Source: Methanosuratincola petrocarbonis (GTDB taxonomy: Archaea > Thermoproteota > Methanomethylicia > Methanomethylicales > Methanomethylicaceae). From it: a stretch of DNA of 64,000 nucleotides. Shown here in pieces: positions 60,700 through 64,000 of the stretch. The translations under genes and the position numbers were made by a program. How positions within the stretch are numbered: position 1 is the stretch's first letter; every line of letters starts with the position of its first letter. The notes below the pieces were generated by a model. The model was not told the origin of the DNA. It saw nothing but the letters and a program-made list of their open reading frames with translations, and ran no database searches. Location of the stretch: assembly GCA_030522375.1 (NCBI GenBank), contig CP130488.1, positions 1,408,569 to 1,472,568 on the forward strand, read 5' to 3'.

Positions 60700-60762
60700 A
60701 TTCTATCAAATAAGACTATATTAAATATGCTATTTTACCATTTTCCAGCTTATTGTCTATCT

Positions 60763-60802
60763 CATAGATGATAGATAAAGTTTATATATCCATCTATCAT
60801 TG
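60763..60802. promoter_or_regulatory. Inverted repeat flanking a TATA-like box (candidate operator/promoter of the RHH operon)
   Basis: CATAGATGATAGATA-aagTTTATATAt-CCATCTATCATTG. The arms ATAGATGATAGAT and ATCTATCAT are complementary. The site lies 36 nt upstream of the 60839 start. Confidence 0.4.
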
Positions 60803-60838
60803 TATATTGATTAGATAAAAGATAAATGGTGAAGAGAC

Positions 60839-61027
60839 ATGGCAAAAGTCGGAAAGCCAGGTTTCGAAGGCCAAGAGGTCTTGGTGAAGATCCCGAAGGA
60901 CCTCCTGGCTGAGGTGGACGAGCTCTGGCCCAGGGCGCAGTGCACCTCCAGGAACGAGTTCATCCGGAGGGCCCTGTGGAGGGCTGTCCGGGACGCCAGG
61001 CGATCGGCGGAGGTGCCCGCGGCTTGA
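60839..61027 (+). CDS. Ribbon-helix-helix (CopG/Arc) protein
   Basis: VLVKIPKDLLAEVDELWPRAQCTSRNEFIRRAL is a beta-alpha-alpha RHH signature. Confidence 0.55.
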   Translation: MAKVGKPGFEGQEVLVKIPKDLLAEVDELWPRAQCTSRNEFIRRALWRAVRDARRSAEVPAA

Positions 61028-61224
61028 CGTTCGTCTACGTCCTGAAGAGCCAGCGCCAGGAGGTCTACGAGCTCCGGAGGAACAGGTCCAGGCACGGGAA
61101 GCCTATCACCCGCGACGAGGCCAGGGAGCTGATCTCGCTGCCTGGGACTGTGAGGCTGATGCGCGTCGCCTGCGGCGACGGCTACCTGAACGAGGTCTAC
61201 GAGATAGGGGGTGGCCCGGCGTGA
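61024..61224 (+). CDS. Small protein translationally coupled to the RHH gene (possible toxin partner); TTG start
   Basis: 66 aa, LTFVYVLKSQRQEVYELRRNRSRHGKPITRDEAREL.... Its start overlaps the RHH stop (TTGA). The family is unclear. Confidence 0.3.
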   Translation: MTFVYVLKSQRQEVYELRRNRSRHGKPITRDEARELISLPGTVRLMRVACGDGYLNEVYEIGGGPA

Positions 61225-61982
61225 CGGAAGAAAGAGGTATGGGTCTGTCGTCCGCCGCGCCGGGAGGTCCCCATGATAATTTTTCACCGGGAGCAAATGA
61301 ACATGACGATTATAAATCTATAATGAATTGCAATACCTCCATTTCCACTCCATCCACTGGAACTCCACGCGGGTATAATATACGCCAAAATGCGTGTTAT
61401 AATTATAATGATTATAATTATAATGGTTATAATTATAACGAGAGCTCCTATAATAATATAGGCTCGCGCACTCCAGTGGCTCCAATGGAAATGGAGGTTC
61501 CGAGGAAGACCGTGGTCGTGAGTGCGGGAATTCCTCATGACCTCTTTGCAAAGCTGAGCGAGCGCGAGAAGATCACCGGTCGGTCCCGTTCCGAAATAAT
61601 CAAGGAAGCCCTTTCCCTCTACCTCAACGGCGACCCGCAAATAACCGACGTCCCGCCGCCAAGGCCGTCCCTGTCGTCCCAGCTGCAAGCAAGCAAAAGC
61701 CGGGAAGAGCTCCAGGACCTTTTGAAGTCGCTCACGAATACCCTGTTAGCCGTCCGCGATGGCATGTGCGAGCCGCTGTGGGTCAAGGAATGGTACCCGC
61801 GCTGGAACAAGCGCCTCATAAGTGCAGTCCAGAAGCTAGAGCCGATGGACGACTTCCAGGAGCGGCTCGTCAGGGTGATGTCATCGATTGCAAAAGAGCT
61901 TAGAAACATCGACCCGAGGTCCGAAGAAGCCTACGGGCGTACGAAGTCGCTCTTGGAACAACTCATGGAGGCGAGACCATGA
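61221..61982 (+). CDS. RHH-domain protein with N/Y-rich low-complexity insert and C-terminal helical domain
   Basis: RHH block RKTVVVSAGIPHDLFAKLSEREKITGRSRSEIIKEALSLYL. The insert NYNDYNYNGYNYNESSYNN is encoded by a (TATAAT)-like tandem repeat. Confidence 0.5.
   Translation: MTEERGMGLSSAAPGGPHDNFSPGANEHDDYKSIMNCNTSISTPSTGTPRGYNIRQNACYNYNDYNYNGYNYNESSYNNIGSRTPVAPMEMEVPRKTVVVSAGIPHDLFAKLSEREKITGRSRSEIIKEALSLYLNGDPQITDVPPPRPSLSSQLQASKSREELQDLLKSLTNTLLAVRDGMCEPLWVKEWYPRWNKRLISAVQKLEPMDDFQERLVRVMSSIAKELRNIDPRSEEAYGRTKSLLEQLMEARP
61385..61440 (+). repeat. Hexanucleotide (TATAAT/TATAAC-like) tandem repeat inside a coding region
   Basis: aattataatgattataattataatggttataattataac encodes NYNDYNYNGYNYN. 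Confidence 0.6.
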
Positions 61983-62104
61983 GCTACAAGTTCGAGTTCT
62001 TCTGCATATTCTGCGGGAAGCCCGAGGACCCGAAGGGCCCCACCTCGTGCCCGGAGTGCCGCGAGAAGCTCAAGGCGAAGCAGGAGGCTGCTCAACCACA
62101 ATGA
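61979..62104 (+). CDS. Zinc-ribbon mini-protein (41 aa)
   Basis: MSYKFEFFCIFCGKPEDPKGPTSCPECREKLKAKQEAAQPQ with CxxC...CxxC. Start and stop overlap the neighbouring genes (ATGA, ATGATGA). Confidence 0.4.
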   Translation: MSYKFEFFCIFCGKPEDPKGPTSCPECREKLKAKQEAAQPQ

Positions 62105-62607
62105 TGACGGTCTTCCAGCAGGCGTACAAGGGCAGGTGGGAGGAGTCTAACCTCTGCGAGGAAATAGCCTTCAGGGTCCTGCGCCTTAACTTCGGCCTCG
62201 GCCCAGAAGACATAATCGTGACCGGCAAAGGCGCCCTCTCGGGCAAGCTCCTGGACGACCCGCTCGAGTCGCCCCCCGACTTCTACGTCCCCAAATTGAA
62301 CCTGTGGTTCGAGGTGACGTCGAGCAACCTGACGAGCGAGGAGTCTCACTGCCGCTGCACGCGATACGGTCTGAATTTCCCCCATATTTTCGTGAGGGAG
62401 GGGAAGCTCGAGGTCCTGAGGATGAACCGGGCGCTTTCCAGGGCGTACTTCGTGAGCGTGAACTGGGCGGACGGGTCCGTCCTCTTCCTCCCGGCTAAGA
62501 AGGCACTTCAGCATGACACTGTGGACTGGTACGAGCGCGGGGGGCGGGAGCGGTACTACGCGATTCCTTGGAGGGAGTGGCTCAAGCCGGGGCAGGTGAG
62601 GGCGTGA
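62101..62607 (+). CDS. Hypothetical protein (168 aa), possible nuclease-like fold
   Basis: Start at MMTV. DFYVPKLNLWFEVTSSN is weakly PD-(D/E)xK-like with Thr in place of Lys. Tentative. Confidence 0.4.
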   Translation: MMTVFQQAYKGRWEESNLCEEIAFRVLRLNFGLGPEDIIVTGKGALSGKLLDDPLESPPDFYVPKLNLWFEVTSSNLTSEESHCRCTRYGLNFPHIFVREGKLEVLRMNRALSRAYFVSVNWADGSVLFLPAKKALQHDTVDWYERGGRERYYAIPWREWLKPGQVRA

Positions 62608-62616
62608 GCGGTTAAC

Positions 62617-62814
62617 ATGGGCGGAAAGAATCAAGCTTCTCTTCGCAAAATCCGCGAGAACAGGAGCACCACCCACATCAGGGTAAAAAAGCAGGTCAAG
62701 TTCGCCCTGGAAAGGTGGATGAGGAAGCACCACGTGAAGACCTACAGCCAGGCGGTCAGGAAGCTTTTGGATGGGGCGGGGGACTATAGGAGTGGAAATA
62801 AATGGGAGCCGTAA
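62617..62814 (+). CDS. Ribbon-helix-helix protein
   Basis: THIRVKKQVKFALERWMRKHHVKTYSQAVRKLL. Confidence 0.45.
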   Translation: MGGKNQASLRKIRENRSTTHIRVKKQVKFALERWMRKHHVKTYSQAVRKLLDGAGDYRSGNKWEP

Positions 62815-62971
62815 ACAAAGTCTCGGTTTCTGTTAAGCTCGACCCGGAAATACGCGACCTCGCCGTCCAGGTCGCGAGGGCGAAGGGCATGGACCTTTCC
62901 GAGCACATCAGGGGGCTGATCGTGGAGGACCTCGACAGGCGGGGGCTCCTGAAAGTGCTGCCCATCAGGTA
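62802..62971 (+). CDS. Ribbon-helix-helix protein (56 aa, not in the ORF track)
   Basis: MGAVNKVSVSVKLDPEIRDLAVQVARAKGMDLSEHIRGLIVEDLDRRGLLKVLPIR. Overlaps the 3' end of the previous gene in another frame. Confidence 0.4.
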
Positions 62972-63043
62972 ATCCCTGCGTATTCTCTGCGGAATCACCA
63001 TCATTTTTTGCCATCACCATGTAAAATTTTTCATGGTGATAAA

Positions 63044-63514
63044 ATGGAAAGGAATAAACTGATGCCCATTATGGCAGCCTTCGCAGCCTTCGCCGTCCTC
63101 TTTTCGATCGCAGCCCCAGCAGCCCTCGCAGCCGCTACCAACGTGACTTTCACGGTAAAGAAGGACACGGTGGCGGCAGCCAATGCGACTATAGCCGTGT
63201 ACGAGATCGAGAGCAAGTACTTCGGCCTGTACCAGAAGGTCGGCGCATATGCCGGCTCCGCGATCACCGACGCCAACGGCACCGCGACAATAAGCGGGCT
63301 CGACAGCGCCAAGACCTACCTTGCGAAGATAACCTACGCCGGCAGGACATATGAACACAAGTTCGCCCCAGCCACCGAGGTCGCCATTTCGCTCACTGAG
63401 ACCAGCTGGATACGGGGCAACATAGTGCCGCTGCTCCTGGGAGGCGCCGCCGTTTTCGTGCTGCTCTTCATCATCGCGCAGGTGAACCCGAGGGCGGTCA
63501 GGTTCGGGAGGTGA
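63044..63514 (+). CDS. Secreted Ig-like/carboxypeptidase-regulatory-like domain protein with C-terminal TM anchor
   Basis: Signal peptide MERNKLMPIMAAFAAFAVLFSIAAPAALA. Beta-rich domain (TFTVKKDTV...TDANGTATISGL). C-terminal hydrophobic helix plus basic tail (RAVRFGR). Confidence 0.5.
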   Translation: MERNKLMPIMAAFAAFAVLFSIAAPAALAAATNVTFTVKKDTVAAANATIAVYEIESKYFGLYQKVGAYAGSAITDANGTATISGLDSAKTYLAKITYAGRTYEHKFAPATEVAISLTETSWIRGNIVPLLLGGAAVFVLLFIIAQVNPRAVRFGR

Positions 63515-63550
63515 GGGGCGCTTTTTAGCCCCTTCTTTGGAGGTGACGCG

Positions 63551-64000
63551 ATGCGCAAAGAAAGGAGCTTTGCGGTAATCGCCCTGGCGCTGTTTTGCTG
63601 CTTCCTGGTCGGGTCAGCCCAGCCCGTCCACGCAGTTATCCCGCTTATTCCTTTTGCGTTAGGGATGTTGGCGGGATCGGTGCTAGTCGGATGGCTTTTG
63701 GGAGTTTTCACAACACCATATCCAGGCATATCCCCGCTAGATTTATTGCAAAATTTCTACTCCGCCAAAGTAAACGAATTTAGAGCATTAACGACAGGGC
63801 TAAACAACACAGCCGAAGCCTTGGAAGGTGTGAGCTATTACCTTTCAAGGAAGGCCACAACCACGGCGCAAATGTATATCAACGAAAGCACTTTTCCAGC
63901 CAACAAAGTATTGAACGTAAGCGGAATTTTGACCGAGGCATCAAACGAATATTTCTCATATATTCAGTCCTATCAATACATATTTGACGACATAAGAAGA
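63551..64000 (+). CDS. Secreted/membrane protein, 3' end beyond window
   Basis: N-terminal signal/TM segments. The ORF continues past position 64000. Confidence 0.4.
   Translation, partial: MRKERSFAVIALALFCCFLVGSAQPVHAVIPLIPFALGMLAGSVLVGWLLGVFTTPYPGISPLDLLQNFYSAKVNEFRALTTGLNNTAEALEGVSYYLSRKATTTAQMYINESTFPANKVLNVSGILTEASNEYFSYIQSYQYIFDDIRR

Overview
Archaeal chromosomal window of about 50-55% GC. Gene content (archaeal Elf1 homolog, PolD large subunit, TiaS, Tsr3, aTrm56, TFE, MBF1, PAN, GGGP synthase, archaeal mevalonate operon, BHB-type tRNA intron) points to a TACK-type archaeon. It opens with the 3' ~2.1 kb of a 23S rRNA gene with no linked 5S. A housekeeping core follows: M32 carboxypeptidase, cbiMNQO ECF transporter, an RNase P RNA that the ORF track splits into spurious ORFs, Tsr3, TiaS next to an intron-containing initiator tRNA(CAU), HypF, SHMT, PolD DP2, a lipid cluster with Elf1, RPA, HMG-CoA synthase/thiolase/DUF35, an NrdD-like RNR, NAC, PAN, MBF1, aTrm56, TFE, tRNA-Val, tRNA-Pro and a CDF transporter. 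Two accessory regions interrupt this core. The first (about 12.9-23.8 kb) is a defense island: mcrC-mcrB in inverted order, with an AT-rich EVE/PUA-like N-domain on McrB; a 959-aa Type IIG RM enzyme; a low-GC nuclease-like gene; a gene fragment; a 1.1-kb AT-rich non-coding stretch; and two wHTH proteins with Pro/Thr-rich linkers. The second (about 55.0 kb to beyond the window end) looks like an integrated element. It begins at a tRNA 3'-fragment that an RHH ORF reads into and contains a PIN-domain protein, a low-GC Type II RM pair (REase plus beta-class MTase), a dense overlapping operon with four RHH proteins, and secreted proteins. The most unusual feature is a GC-rich two-gene cassette: a small C2H2 zinc-finger ORF translationally coupled to a roughly 53-66 aa helical ORF. 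It is present in three copies, one intact, one decayed and one 3' remnant. In all three copies its conserved purine-rich 3' core (about 65 nt) sits immediately before foreign defense DNA (McrBC, Type IIG RM, Type II RM). This suggests an undescribed insertion-hotspot or junction module for defense cargo.
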